Part shown: positions 18,142 through 27,880 of the stretch, piece by piece
Numbering within the stretch: position 1 is the stretch's first letter
Layout of the letters: the number at the start of each line of letters is the position of its first letter
Source of the DNA: a virus
DNA: 64,000 bases
Reading direction: 5' to 3' (one strand)
Virus record (IMG/VR): IMGVR_UViG_3300045988_149331
Location: 1-64,000 of that record
Notes under the pieces: generated by a model
The model's input: the letters and a program-made list of their open reading frames with translations, nothing else
Database searches by the model: none
Told to the model about the DNA's origin: nothing
Translations under genes and position numbers: made by a program

Positions 18142-19984
18142 TCTTAATTCCTGTTGGTAAGAAAGCTATTTTCTTACACATTTTATCCAACACACCTTGC
18201 TGAATATGAATATCAGCAATACATTCGTTAAACGTAGTGGAACCATCAATAAGACCATCCCACTTTTTAGGATAAGTCGCTCCGGCTTCAGTGAAGCCGA
18301 AATTTACAATCCCGTAATAACCAGCATAAATTCGCTGGCCTTGAACGTCCAAGTTGCCTATTTCAGAACGCCCAGAACCATCAATCAAATCGACGCGCAT
18401 GCCGCGCGATACCTGTAAAGTCGTCGAGCGAAACACCTTGTTACCAACACTCTGAAAAGTATTCGTCACCGCATCGACATAGTACATTTCGTCGGTAGGA
18501 GCAAAGTACATCCAGTTGCCGCGTTTTATTTGGCGATTTCCATACAGCGTGATAGTCCCCTGGCGGGTAAACGGCAAGAGGATGGTGGTCTCAATCATGA
18601 ACTTAAAGTCCAGCATCATCTGAAGGTACGACCGCGCAAAGTTATTCCGCGCCGGAGCACTGACAGCTTCACTTGAATTGTCGATATCAGCCTCGCCGTC
18701 GTTGACTGTATTGTAGTAATTACTCTGAATGTGGCAGGCGCGGGCGCCAAACAGCGCCGCCATCTCAGGAAAGAATACCGCGGGGATGTAGTAGGTAGTT
18801 CCATCGTTTCCGCCAAACGAAATACGCGGGCGGAGGTAATACCACGAATAAGCGTTGCTGACGCTCTGTGTGAAAGCAGTTTCGACAACCTGCTCTTTTT
18901 GTATAACATGATACAAGCCACTGCCGCTCATCGCATAGTTATACGCCCTCAATACGCTGGCGTGATCAAAAGGCGGACGCCGGGCGATGAAATAGTATTG
19001 ATCGCCGTAGGTATCACCCATAAATTCCACGAACGGCTCTTGACATACCTTGTTAAACCAGTTCAGCAACGACCCTTGGGAGTTGGATATCGTTCCATCA
19101 AAAACCTGTCGATTGGCGACGTTTTCGTCGATAATGAGTTTTACGATCTGCCATATGCCCGGAGCCAGTCGCTGTTGTGTTTGAAGGTCTTCGCGCTTTA
19201 TATCCTTCACGATGGGCTCCGTGGCTTCGGAATCGAATGAAACAGCCTTTCCTTTTTGGAAACGGGTGAAATCTTTTATCCACTGATAATCCGGGACAGG
19301 CTTCGAACCTACATCGGTAGTGAAACGACGCCGATCGTATGGATTGATGAAGGGACCATATTCCTTCTTTGAAACGGAGAAATAACAGTAACTCATCATC
19401 TGCGCAGGATTGAGCCAATCGCCTCCAAACGCGCAGTCTAAATGAAGGTGAGGACCTGTAGAACGCCCTGTGTTTCCAGACTTTCCGATGAGGTCTTTAG
19501 GCTCCAGCCAATCACCCTCATTGATATTGGCCAATTCGCTGAGATGCATAAACCGAACTGTTGCGTAAGCACCGCAGCGGATAGCATCCTCAGCCCAATC
19601 ATTTCGGTAAAGGGCATTATTTGCTAAATTCGCGGTGTGGAATTGACCAAACACCCCGACGTCTCCAAACCACCACGCAGGGATAATCACTGAAACGTAA
19701 AGACCGCCGGAATTCTTGGGGTTTTTGTTAATGCGCACGACCTTACAATACACAGGAGCCTTTATGTGCGTCCCGACTGGAAGAGCAATATCTATACCAG
19801 GGTGGAAGTCGTCATACTTTTTACCGTCAATAGACAATGATCGGTTGCCGACAATAGATGTTATCACAAGCGGCGCAGAAGGCGATTGGCCATATACGCA
19901 CCACTCTTCATTCCAAGTCTTAAAGGCCCAGTATTCGTTTTCCTTTTGGCCCGTGTACCATACAAGTCCAGTTCCAATACTCAT
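18131..19984 (-). CDS. tail-associated peptidoglycan hydrolase with an N-terminal M23 (LytM) peptidase domain
   Basis: Both M23 motifs are present: HxxxD 'FHPGIDIALPVGTHIKAP' and HxH 'GNTGRSTGPHLHLD'. Confidence 0.8.
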   Translation of the reverse strand: MSIGTGLVWYTGQKENEYWAFKTWNEEWCVYGQSPSAPLVITSIVGNRSLSIDGKKYDDFHPGIDIALPVGTHIKAPVYCKVVRINKNPKNSGGLYVSVIIPAWWFGDVGVFGQFHTANLANNALYRNDWAEDAIRCGAYATVRFMHLSELANINEGDWLEPKDLIGKSGNTGRSTGPHLHLDCAFGGDWLNPAQMMSYCYFSVSKKEYGPFINPYDRRRFTTDVGSKPVPDYQWIKDFTRFQKGKAVSFDSEATEPIVKDIKREDLQTQQRLAPGIWQIVKLIIDENVANRQVFDGTISNSQGSLLNWFNKVCQEPFVEFMGDTYGDQYYFIARRPPFDHASVLRAYNYAMSGSGLYHVIQKEQVVETAFTQSVSNAYSWYYLRPRISFGGNDGTTYYIPAVFFPEMAALFGARACHIQSNYYNTVNDGEADIDNSSEAVSAPARNNFARSYLQMMLDFKFMIETTILLPFTRQGTITLYGNRQIKRGNWMYFAPTDEMYYVDAVTNTFQSVGNKVFRSTTLQVSRGMRVDLIDGSGRSEIGNLDVQGQRIYAGYYGIVNFGFTEAGATYPKKWDGLIDGSTTFNECIADIHIQQGVLDKMCKKIAFLPTGIKNGN

Positions 19985-21273
19985 TTCACGTTCTTTTTAG
20001 GGCCTTCGGTGGCGGCAGGTTCGATATCGGCCATCATAGTACGTTCATCACCCCACGGCTTGAACAGATAATCCGGGGCAATGGCTATATTCGACAGCCA
20101 GTTCACTACCTCTTTGAGGACGAATTCCAACGTGTACATATTCCCTACAAACGGGAGTATAACACCACTAACGTTTCGCCCCAAAAGGCGGTTGATGGCG
20201 TTTTTACAGTTGAGGTTAGCACCTAACCCATCGCCATAGGCCGTCGGAGAAATACCTGACGTATTGGCGAAAAGTTCACGTGCTCCTAAATCCATAGCTG
20301 CCGGGAAGAAGAACGATCCGTCATCGATCAGTAGCTTCATAAGGTCGCGCCCTTTGACGGTGATATTAGAAATAGACCCCTGGGCGTCGGTCGAAATACT
20401 CACCGTATCGACCAACCCAATCATGTCCCAAACGTCACCATGTAAGGTAGGCTCTCCGGTCTTGTTGTTGAGGTCATCGTTGATCTCCTCGACGGTCTTT
20501 TCGAACCGCAAGAAAATAACGTCATTTGGCGATATAAGCCAGTTGAAATAGTCATAATCACCGCGCGATACGTCGTCGGCAAATGTAGTCTTGTAGTACG
20601 ACTTATCCTCGATGTCGGCCGAATATACTGTATCAGTTAAAGTTCCCTCAGTGCCGCGAATCACCTTTTCGATAGCGACGTGCGGTAGGCTGAAGGTGAA
20701 ATTACCACCGTTCTTGCTGTTGTTAACAGTCATAGCGCCAATGAAGCGGGAAATGTCCAGCACCGCTGAAGACCGTTTGGTTCTGTTTTTATTCAGAAAG
20801 TCTAAAGCCTTGAACCACCCACACACACGAATGTTAGGGGCCATTTTGCGATAGTCCTTCGTTACGACGTTACCTTCGCTCCGGAAACCGTTAGAGTCCG
20901 TTATTTCGAGCAGCCGTTCGTCAGCCCACTTTGTGTAGTCGGTGACGTTGGCCTTGACGTTGCTGACGTAGATGACATTCTCTTGCCGGACGTTGGTATA
21001 GTAGACTCGTATTTTGGCGAACCGCGGTAAGGGCATCGTTGGGTCCAACTTGTCGGCTGTGAGCGTATCTGACGGCCCGGTCATACCATGCTGGATCATG
21101 TAAGCGCACTTGTCTATCCATGACATGGCGGCGAATATATTCTCGCGGTTATCGTCGAATAGCTTTTCCGGCGTTATATCGTCGATGTGATAGAAGGCGA
21201 TGAAGTCTTCCATCGTAACCACGCTCTTCTGGTCGTGGATTATATCAATGTATCCCTTAACTTTTACCATCAC
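19981..21273 (-). CDS. hypothetical tail tip / hub protein
   Basis: 430-aa ORF with 4-nt overlaps on both sides. Directly follows the tape measure gene. Confidence 0.5.
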   Translation of the reverse strand: MMVKVKGYIDIIHDQKSVVTMEDFIAFYHIDDITPEKLFDDNRENIFAAMSWIDKCAYMIQHGMTGPSDTLTADKLDPTMPLPRFAKIRVYYTNVRQENVIYVSNVKANVTDYTKWADERLLEITDSNGFRSEGNVVTKDYRKMAPNIRVCGWFKALDFLNKNRTKRSSAVLDISRFIGAMTVNNSKNGGNFTFSLPHVAIEKVIRGTEGTLTDTVYSADIEDKSYYKTTFADDVSRGDYDYFNWLISPNDVIFLRFEKTVEEINDDLNNKTGEPTLHGDVWDMIGLVDTVSISTDAQGSISNITVKGRDLMKLLIDDGSFFFPAAMDLGARELFANTSGISPTAYGDGLGANLNCKNAINRLLGRNVSGVILPFVGNMYTLEFVLKEVVNWLSNIAIAPDYLFKPWGDERTMMADIEPAATEGPKKNVK

Positions 21274-23345
21274 GATCCGGGGTGAACCTCGTTTTCTTCG
21301 ACATTATATCCTGCCACGGCACTACCCAATTGAGTGCTGAACTCATCAGCGGCACTGATGACCTTGCCAATGGCGGTACGGAACTGTGAATAGTCGGTGA
21401 CGTTTTGGAGTATTCCAGCGTGAGCTGCTCCGGCCCCTTCGCTCATCGCTTGACGTGACTGCCTGAATGCCTGAACGGTTTTACCAGTAGCCAGGCCAGG
21501 GATGGTCTGCGCCAACTCTTCGTAACTGAGATTTGGTAATATACCGCGGATGATGTTCATGAACGCCATATTACCAAACAGAGCGTCCATATTGCCACGA
21601 TCGCTTTCCTTGACGCCAGCCATATCAGCCACGCGGCGTATGACCATTGAATTGATCTGGGTTTCATTGAGGCCAAAACTCTGCGGGTTGCTCATGACGT
21701 ATTGCAACTGGAAATTGTTCATCTTATCCAACCCAAATTCAGCGCCATATTCACGCAGGGCATCAAACGAGATAGCCTGCATATTCTCGCTTTGGGGATT
21801 CCCCAAGGCAGCGTCAAGTTTGGCAATAACGTCACCTATTCTGCCGTCTTGTATGAACCGCGGGTCCATGGCGGCGGAATATGCCGCTTGCGTAGCGTTG
21901 GCCACGTTGTAGTCGGGGCGGTTGTAGACGGAGTAATATCGCCCCATCAACTGCTGTTGAATGTCAAAGCGCTCCTGCATCCGTATGTACCCCAAATCGC
22001 CGCCGATACCGGTATTAACGCCCTGGTCGTTGAGGCGTTCGAGTTCGTAAGCCAAACGCGCTATCGCTTCATTAGACTCTGCGCCGTAACGGTCGTAACG
22101 CGACGCGCTGGCGATAGAACCATCGCGAAGGTTAAACTGGCTTTCATTGGCGTAGCTGTAGAACGTCCTGTTTTCCCAGTTGGCTAAAACTCCAGAAGTC
22201 GTCATAAGAGCCAACGCCCGGTTCATGAATTCAGCGTCTTCTAAGCCTAACTGCCGACGAGTTATCTCCTCGCCGTAATATCCGTTGGTTCGGGCGTTGA
22301 TGACGGTAGCGGTGGCGTTGCGCAAGGCAGCGTTGCCGGTGTTGCCGTTCCAAATACCGCGGACTGACGCGATGTCGCTCATGGACTCAATGCGATCGAC
22401 TGTCTTTACAATAGTTTGCCCCACGGCAGCCACAATGGCTCCGACGATGATTCCTACCAGCGGTACACCAGCCAAAGCGGCACCAAGGCCGACTGCCCCA
22501 ACACCTACACCCGTCATACTGCCGCTGGCGGCTGAGGTTATCATGCCGGCGCCAGATGTAGCCAAACGGGCATTTGTTACACTCTCGAAGATATCGCCGT
22601 TGCCGGCAGCGGATTGACGCTGATCGAATTCCTGTAAACGCTTTCGGGCCGCAATGTAATCATCCTGCGATACGGCGCGTTCCATATCATCGGTAAGTTC
22701 CTTGCGCTGAAGACGCAATTTACCGATATAGCTATCTTCGCCGCCAGACGACTTCTCACGACTCTCATTTCGTAACGCCTCAGCAACGCTCCGCAATGCG
22801 TCCGTCATTTCGCGTTCGACGGATAGACGCTCAGTTTCCTCTTCCGAAGCTAAACGCTCGTCAATTCCCCCAAAATCTGCGTCAATTTGCTGACGGCGTG
22901 GGTTGTACCAGCGGTCGAGGTCTTGAGAGACGGTAGTCCCCAGCGGTACTTGATTTCCATCAGGGTTCCAAAGTTGACCGCGGGCGTCGAAAGAATAACG
23001 TGCTGCGCGGGCTTCACGTTCGGCGTCCAACTTGCTGACCTCGTCAGACCACTTGGTATAGTTTTGCTCGCGGGTGAGGTCAAAACGGCTGCGAATTTCT
23101 TCCTGACGTTGGGTAACTATACTGCGGCCGACGTCATTCAGGTAGCCTTTGAAACCGCTTTCGCCAACGCCAGGGCCGTTACCCCGAGCGAGGGCGTTGC
23201 GTATTTCGGTCACCAGTTCCGACACTGACGCTGTTAACCGCGCGTCGTCACCCACTCCTTCGGCCCCTGGAGTAGGTGAAGGAGGAGTGCCAGAACCGCC
23301 AGAGCCGTTTCCGTTGATATTAACCGTTATGTCCCTTTCGGCCAT
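21270..23345 (-). CDS. tail tape measure protein
   Basis: 691 aa. Coiled-coil-like charged N-terminal part, a Gly/Ala/Val hydrophobic stretch 'GVGVGAVGLGAALAGVPLVGIIVGAIVAAVG', and the canonical position after the chaperone genes. Confidence 0.65.
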   Translation of the reverse strand: MAERDITVNINGNGSGGSGTPPSPTPGAEGVGDDARLTASVSELVTEIRNALARGNGPGVGESGFKGYLNDVGRSIVTQRQEEIRSRFDLTREQNYTKWSDEVSKLDAEREARAARYSFDARGQLWNPDGNQVPLGTTVSQDLDRWYNPRRQQIDADFGGIDERLASEEETERLSVEREMTDALRSVAEALRNESREKSSGGEDSYIGKLRLQRKELTDDMERAVSQDDYIAARKRLQEFDQRQSAAGNGDIFESVTNARLATSGAGMITSAASGSMTGVGVGAVGLGAALAGVPLVGIIVGAIVAAVGQTIVKTVDRIESMSDIASVRGIWNGNTGNAALRNATATVINARTNGYYGEEITRRQLGLEDAEFMNRALALMTTSGVLANWENRTFYSYANESQFNLRDGSIASASRYDRYGAESNEAIARLAYELERLNDQGVNTGIGGDLGYIRMQERFDIQQQLMGRYYSVYNRPDYNVANATQAAYSAAMDPRFIQDGRIGDVIAKLDAALGNPQSENMQAISFDALREYGAEFGLDKMNNFQLQYVMSNPQSFGLNETQINSMVIRRVADMAGVKESDRGNMDALFGNMAFMNIIRGILPNLSYEELAQTIPGLATGKTVQAFRQSRQAMSEGAGAAHAGILQNVTDYSQFRTAIGKVISAADEFSTQLGSAVAGYNVEENEVHPGS

Positions 23346-23356
23346 TGTTATTTGCG

Positions 23357-23692
23357 TTAAAAGTCATCCAAGTTGATACTATCGTAGTCCCTGTCGATTT
23401 CTTCCTGGCTCAGTTTCACTAACCGCGGATCGTAGTTATCTCCCATGGTTTCGCGTTCTTGTTTTTCAAGAGCCAGGCGACGCAAGAACACCTCTTCGCG
23501 GTACTCACGTAACTGGTCAAAGAAACTGATTTCGCGGTGCTGCGGCGATCCCCACGCCACGCCGTATTTCCTTCGCCACCAAAGGTCGATCGGGAACCGC
23601 CTAATCCAACGGCCGACGTTATCGTCGGCGAGGTCGTTAAGCGTCTTTTCCGCCGTCATCGTTGAGAGACGGCTGGGCACTTCCTGCCTCAT
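23357..23692 (-). CDS. tail assembly chaperone-like, downstream overlapping ORF
   Basis: Overlaps 23637..24050 by 56 nt in the +1 frame. Position between tube and tape measure. Confidence 0.45.
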   Translation of the reverse strand: MRQEVPSRLSTMTAEKTLNDLADDNVGRWIRRFPIDLWWRRKYGVAWGSPQHREISFFDQLREYREEVFLRRLALEKQERETMGDNYDPRLVKLSQEEIDRDYDSINLDDF

Positions 23693-24050
23693 ACAGTTTC
23701 GACATCAACGAGTTGTACCACGGCGCGATTTGCTGCTTGTACCAAGCCGTCAATTCCGACGCCAGCGCCGAATCGACGCTCATCAGCGATTGTCCTTCGG
23801 GTATGTTCAGCATGTTGCGGACGGCCTTGAGTTTGATCTCGATGAAGGACATGGCGTCGATAACGTCCACGGCATAAATCATACTCTTCACGCCGCTGGC
23901 CAGCATCACGCCGTACCGTCCGCCGGAGTACGCGGTTTTGAGGTTCTCGATGTCGATCATCTCGCCGACATTAGGGAACTTGACGTTGAGTTTCGTTCCA
24001 CGGAACTCGACTACTTTCACCTCGGAAAGTTGCTGTACATAATCTTTCAT
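23637..24050 (-). CDS. tail assembly chaperone-like protein
   Basis: 137-aa ORF between the tail tube and tape measure genes. Confidence 0.5.
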   Translation of the reverse strand: MKDYVQQLSEVKVVEFRGTKLNVKFPNVGEMIDIENLKTAYSGGRYGVMLASGVKSMIYAVDVIDAMSFIEIKLKAVRNMLNIPEGQSLMSVDSALASELTAWYKQQIAPWYNSLMSKLYEAGSAQPSLNDDGGKDA

Positions 24051-24074
24051 TTTCGCACTATTTTGTTTAACAAT

Positions 24075-24111
24075 AAAGAGAGCACCACGGACGTTCCGCA
24101 GTACTCTCTTT
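24075..24111 (-). terminator. stem-loop after the tail tube gene (attenuator/terminator-like)
   Basis: AAAGAGAG...CTCTCTTT 8-bp outer stem with an inner CGGA/TCCG stem. On the minus strand it is followed by ATTGTT. Confidence 0.35.
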
Positions 24112-24139
24112 ATACTTGGTGTTGTTGAGCAACCTGCGG

Positions 24140-24640
24140 TTACTCGCTGATACCGTCAAAGAGGATCGGGGTGGTGTATTCGAATTCAGTGTCGCGGCCT
24201 GAAATCTGCCCCTCCTGGATGTCGAAGCCCTCACGGGTTACGAACGCCCCCTTCACCAGCGCAAAGGTCTCATAGGTGGCCTTTACAAGCCCCGTTTCAG
24301 GATCAATTTCACCGTCCTTAACCTTACGCTGGATAGCGAATTCGAGGCCCTCTTCCTGCAGCAGAATGGCATTTGCCCACTCCTCGACGCTGGTAGTCTG
24401 ACGGAAGGTTCCTTTCTTGACGACGTTGGCCAGGCGGTTGAAGTTGATGGAATACGAGCTGCAACTCAGCGATCCGCTCCATTCCACCGCCGGAACCTCG
24501 CTTGGAGTAAGGCTCCCGAGGCCCACTACACGCCCACGGCGGATATTCTCCGTCACACGAACGTTTTTCATCTTACCGACGGCAACGCTGTTGATGCGGA
24601 TAATCGCCAGCGGTGCGGTCATTACTCTTTTGTTTGACAT
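24140..24640 (-). CDS. tail tube protein
   Basis: 166 aa, immediately downstream of the sheath gene. It is the only gene I noticed with an SD-like AAAGGAG upstream (24641-24659). Confidence 0.65.
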   Translation of the reverse strand: MSNKRVMTAPLAIIRINSVAVGKMKNVRVTENIRRGRVVGLGSLTPSEVPAVEWSGSLSCSSYSINFNRLANVVKKGTFRQTTSVEEWANAILLQEEGLEFAIQRKVKDGEIDPETGLVKATYETFALVKGAFVTREGFDIQEGQISGRDTEFEYTTPILFDGISE

Positions 24641-24659
24641 ATCGCGCTCCTTTCTTTAA

Positions 24660-26345
24660 TTACGAGTTGAATGTATAGTCGAGCATGTTGCCGATGAAGA
24701 AGGTCTTGTTCACGGGCACGTTAGGTACAAAGTCGTACGTTACCTTGTAGTCACCGTTCTTGGCCGATACCTTCACGTTCTTCCATGAGATAATGAGGTT
24801 GTCAGCCCCGACGGCTGCTACCAGCGACGTGAGTTTGGTCTCGGTAAAGTCCTTGACGGTGTTAGGCGAAGCCTGCGCTGCGGTATTACCCGTGAAGCGC
24901 GTTTGGGCGTCAAGGATCAGTTCCTTGTTCAGCTGAGCCTTGATAAGCGCGATCGACAGTTCGAACGTTTGACCATCCTCGGCAATGGTTTGCTTGTTAT
25001 TCTGAAGCGACGTGATACCCTGGTTGACGCGGTAATAGCCCGACACCTCGCGGACGTGCATGATACCAGCCTGTAGAGCCTTAACGCGCTCGCTGAACGT
25101 GAGGTCGTAGGCGTAGGCGTCGTATCCCACGCGCTTGAACGTCAACGGCGTCTGAGCAGCCAAGCCGGCATTCAATCCCATAATCGCAGCGGCCAGGTAA
25201 ATCGACGGCAGGTTCTTGGTGCCGTTGCCATCCTTGCGGGCAACGGTCGGCGAACCGTGAACGATAATGACCTTCTCGTCGTTGTAGTGAACGGCCAGTG
25301 CCTGCGACGTTTGGGTGATAGTGTTGGTGGTAAGCAGGTCGGTCTTGCCTTCGCCGCCAGCAACGAACATAAACTCGTCGAATTTGGCGTCGTTTTTCAG
25401 AAAGGTGAACAGTTTACCGTTCGACGAAGCCTTGGTGCCGTTGACGACGCCATAGTCCGTGCACAGGAAGAACGTTACCTCCAGTTCACGGATGGCCTCA
25501 AGCACGCCGGGATAGTATTCGTTTTCACCTTTCGAGCCCGTGTAAGCCGTCGAGCCTCCAGCAAACGCCGTCGGTTCCATGACCTCAACAGCCGTCGTGC
25601 CTACAAAGCCCGCGCCCTTCGACGGACGGAAATTAGCCATAACCATCGACGACGTGATGAGCCAGTTGTAAAGTTCGTCGTAAGTGGCGATTTCACCCGA
25701 CTGAGCGATCATCTCGCCGTATGCCTGGGCAAACGTGTAGGTTCCGTAAGGCTCGCCGGCAGCGTCCGTACCGCGATAGTTACCGCGATAGATAGTAGCG
25801 ATAAATTTCGACGTGTCGTCAACGCCTGCCTTAATGGCCAGTGCATAACCCACCTTGAGGTTTTCCAGCGTACCGTTCGACAGTTCACTCATATCGCCGT
25901 CGTTAATGCCGTTACCAACCGCGCCTTCGTTCAAACACGTCAGTACGATCGAGTTCGTGCCCGTTCCGATAGTCAGCGCAGCAGGCGTGGTTTTGGCAGC
26001 ACGCGTGTAATACAGCCGCGGTGCCCCCAGCGCCCCGTCAATCGGCGTAAAGATCTTCTCAGCCAAGTCGGTGATCATACCGCCACCCATGAAGTCAGAG
26101 AAGTCTTCGAAATTTTCGAAACTGTAAATGGCCTTGCGCCCAGAAGCGTCAACGCCGGCAATACCTGCACCGCCAGCGAACTCATACGTCGCATCGCCCA
26201 CCTTCTCCTGCGAGAGCCCTGTGTCGATAATCATCACGCGGCCAAACGAAGCCACGTTGACTACCGAGGTAGGCTGGTAGACAGTGATTGCGTACGAACC
26301 CGGCTCGACATAGGTCTTGCCATTCATAGTTACCACAGTACTCAT
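24660..26345 (-). CDS. contractile tail sheath protein
   Basis: 561 aa. N-terminus 'VEPGSYAITVYQPTSVVNVASFGRVMIID' is sheath-like (PGVY...). Sheath-tube-chaperone-TMP gene order. Confidence 0.7.
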   Translation of the reverse strand: MSTVVTMNGKTYVEPGSYAITVYQPTSVVNVASFGRVMIIDTGLSQEKVGDATYEFAGGAGIAGVDASGRKAIYSFENFEDFSDFMGGGMITDLAEKIFTPIDGALGAPRLYYTRAAKTTPAALTIGTGTNSIVLTCLNEGAVGNGINDGDMSELSNGTLENLKVGYALAIKAGVDDTSKFIATIYRGNYRGTDAAGEPYGTYTFAQAYGEMIAQSGEIATYDELYNWLITSSMVMANFRPSKGAGFVGTTAVEVMEPTAFAGGSTAYTGSKGENEYYPGVLEAIRELEVTFFLCTDYGVVNGTKASSNGKLFTFLKNDAKFDEFMFVAGGEGKTDLLTTNTITQTSQALAVHYNDEKVIIVHGSPTVARKDGNGTKNLPSIYLAAAIMGLNAGLAAQTPLTFKRVGYDAYAYDLTFSERVKALQAGIMHVREVSGYYRVNQGITSLQNNKQTIAEDGQTFELSIALIKAQLNKELILDAQTRFTGNTAAQASPNTVKDFTETKLTSLVAAVGADNLIISWKNVKVSAKNGDYKVTYDFVPNVPVNKTFFIGNMLDYTFNS

Positions 26346-26372
26346 AATGTTATATGTTTAGAAAAGTTTTGG

Positions 26373-27077
26373 TTATTCTTTGTTACCTGCGCCGGGGACA
26401 ATGTATTCACCACTCACCGGGTCGCAAATGTTATAATTGTAGTTGATACCCTTCAACACCATGGAACGTAATCTTGTTGGAACCACAACCTCGTACTTGA
26501 ACGCCAGCGTGAGAGCCTTGTGGAATATCGACGGCGGTACGATGTCCTGCTGCATAATGATATCACCACCCGACACACGCGGTATGCGCAACCCCACCAA
26601 ATCGAGGTTAGGGGCGTACATCAACAACATAGCTTTCAACACGTGATAGGCTATCATGGTTTCGCTTGAGTTATCCGACGTGATCAGGATTTGATACTGC
26701 GCGTCCATCCACTGCGAGTACATAAACTGATTAGCATCGGCGTCCCATTCCTGTCCTTCGCCCAACGGTGAATTGGAGGCTTGTTCGCCGGGCAAAATGA
26801 TATGGACGGCCAGGGCGGTCGTTACCTGCATATTATAGCCCAAATGGACCTCCAAATTCGCTGGATTAGAGAATATTTTCACCGCCTGCCGGAAATAATT
26901 GTAGGCGTTCATGTGAATAGGCTGGTCGTCCTCGTTAACGCCCAACAACTGGTATAGGATGGTTTGCTTTACGTCTTGAGGGAGGGTGAGTTCGATGTCG
27001 TCACGGATCGTCTTCACCATGGCGTTCAACGCACGGGCGATTATCACCTCAGGCAATATGATGGCGTCTACTTTCAT
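26373..27077 (-). CDS. hypothetical neck/tail-completion module protein
   Basis: 234-aa ORF. Call rests on position only. Confidence 0.5.
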   Translation of the reverse strand: MKVDAIILPEVIIARALNAMVKTIRDDIELTLPQDVKQTILYQLLGVNEDDQPIHMNAYNYFRQAVKIFSNPANLEVHLGYNMQVTTALAVHIILPGEQASNSPLGEGQEWDADANQFMYSQWMDAQYQILITSDNSSETMIAYHVLKAMLLMYAPNLDLVGLRIPRVSGGDIIMQQDIVPPSIFHKALTLAFKYEVVVPTRLRSMVLKGINYNYNICDPVSGEYIVPGAGNKE

Positions 27078-27880
27078 AGGCTTTCAATGAAATTAACCGA
27101 TTCGTTGTGTACGATAGTTTCAACATCAGTTTGGTCAAGAGCCTTGTCGGCAAACCGACGCGCTGTAAGGCCTGGGAATATCCAACTCAGTGGGTCGGAA
27201 TTCTTCGACGCCCGTCGGAATGAAACATAGGTGTTCTGAGTAGTGCGGGCATACACACCAGTTTGCTTGGTAATACCTTCGTAAATGGAGTGTTTATGGA
27301 TATAGGCCGCATAGGCTTTTGAACGATCAGTAGCGGCGATAGCCCGGCGCTCGGACGGAATGTTGTACGGTGTAGGAATCTGTGAAGCGCGCAGCCGCTG
27401 TCCGGTAACGAACGTGCGCACCACATCATACACCTCTTGCGGCATTTCGCCAGAGAACCCTGCTTGACCAACCGTACCAGGCGTACCGTGACGGAACGGA
27501 ACAGTCAAGTACCAATCACCGCCAGGCTTCAGCACCGTACCGTCTTTGCGTAGTACAGGTACGGTGTGGCGGACGCGCGATGACCGCTGGAAATACTCCT
27601 TCTGGTCAAAAGGGGTTGCCCCGGCCTCCAGCATCACTGGTAGTTCCCCCGTCAGGACGATCGACTTGGCAAAGCGGCCGCGGTCGATAATGTTGAGATT
27701 TTGGAGGTATTCGGGGCGTGTTGAGTTGAGACCCTGTTTGGCTAACGCTTCCCAATTGGCGTAGACGGCAGCAGTGACGGCCTGGACACAGCGTTCCGTA
27801 AGGTCGTCTATCTGGGCTTGGCTCAGTCCAAACTGCTCCCCCAAGCCGCTAACGTCTATGTTGATGGGGCGTGGCATCAC
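27074..27880 (-). CDS. hypothetical neck module protein
   Basis: 268-aa ORF with 4-nt overlaps. Confidence 0.5.
   Translation of the reverse strand: MMPRPINIDVSGLGEQFGLSQAQIDDLTERCVQAVTAAVYANWEALAKQGLNSTRPEYLQNLNIIDRGRFAKSIVLTGELPVMLEAGATPFDQKEYFQRSSRVRHTVPVLRKDGTVLKPGGDWYLTVPFRHGTPGTVGQAGFSGEMPQEVYDVVRTFVTGQRLRASQIPTPYNIPSERRAIAATDRSKAYAAYIHKHSIYEGITKQTGVYARTTQNTYVSFRRASKNSDPLSWIFPGLTARRFADKALDQTDVETIVHNESVNFIESL

Noticed and set aside
25257-26471. A 404-aa plus-strand ORF. Similar long plus-strand ORFs occur at 30344..31495, 41580..42518, 31464..32315, 45837..46673, 39312..40133 and 27871..28680.
   Set aside because: All lie antisense to minus-strand genes that carry clear motifs (sheath, capsid, radical SAM and others). 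Their Arg/Val/Gly/His-rich, motif-free translations are typical of open antisense frames in GC-rich coding DNA.
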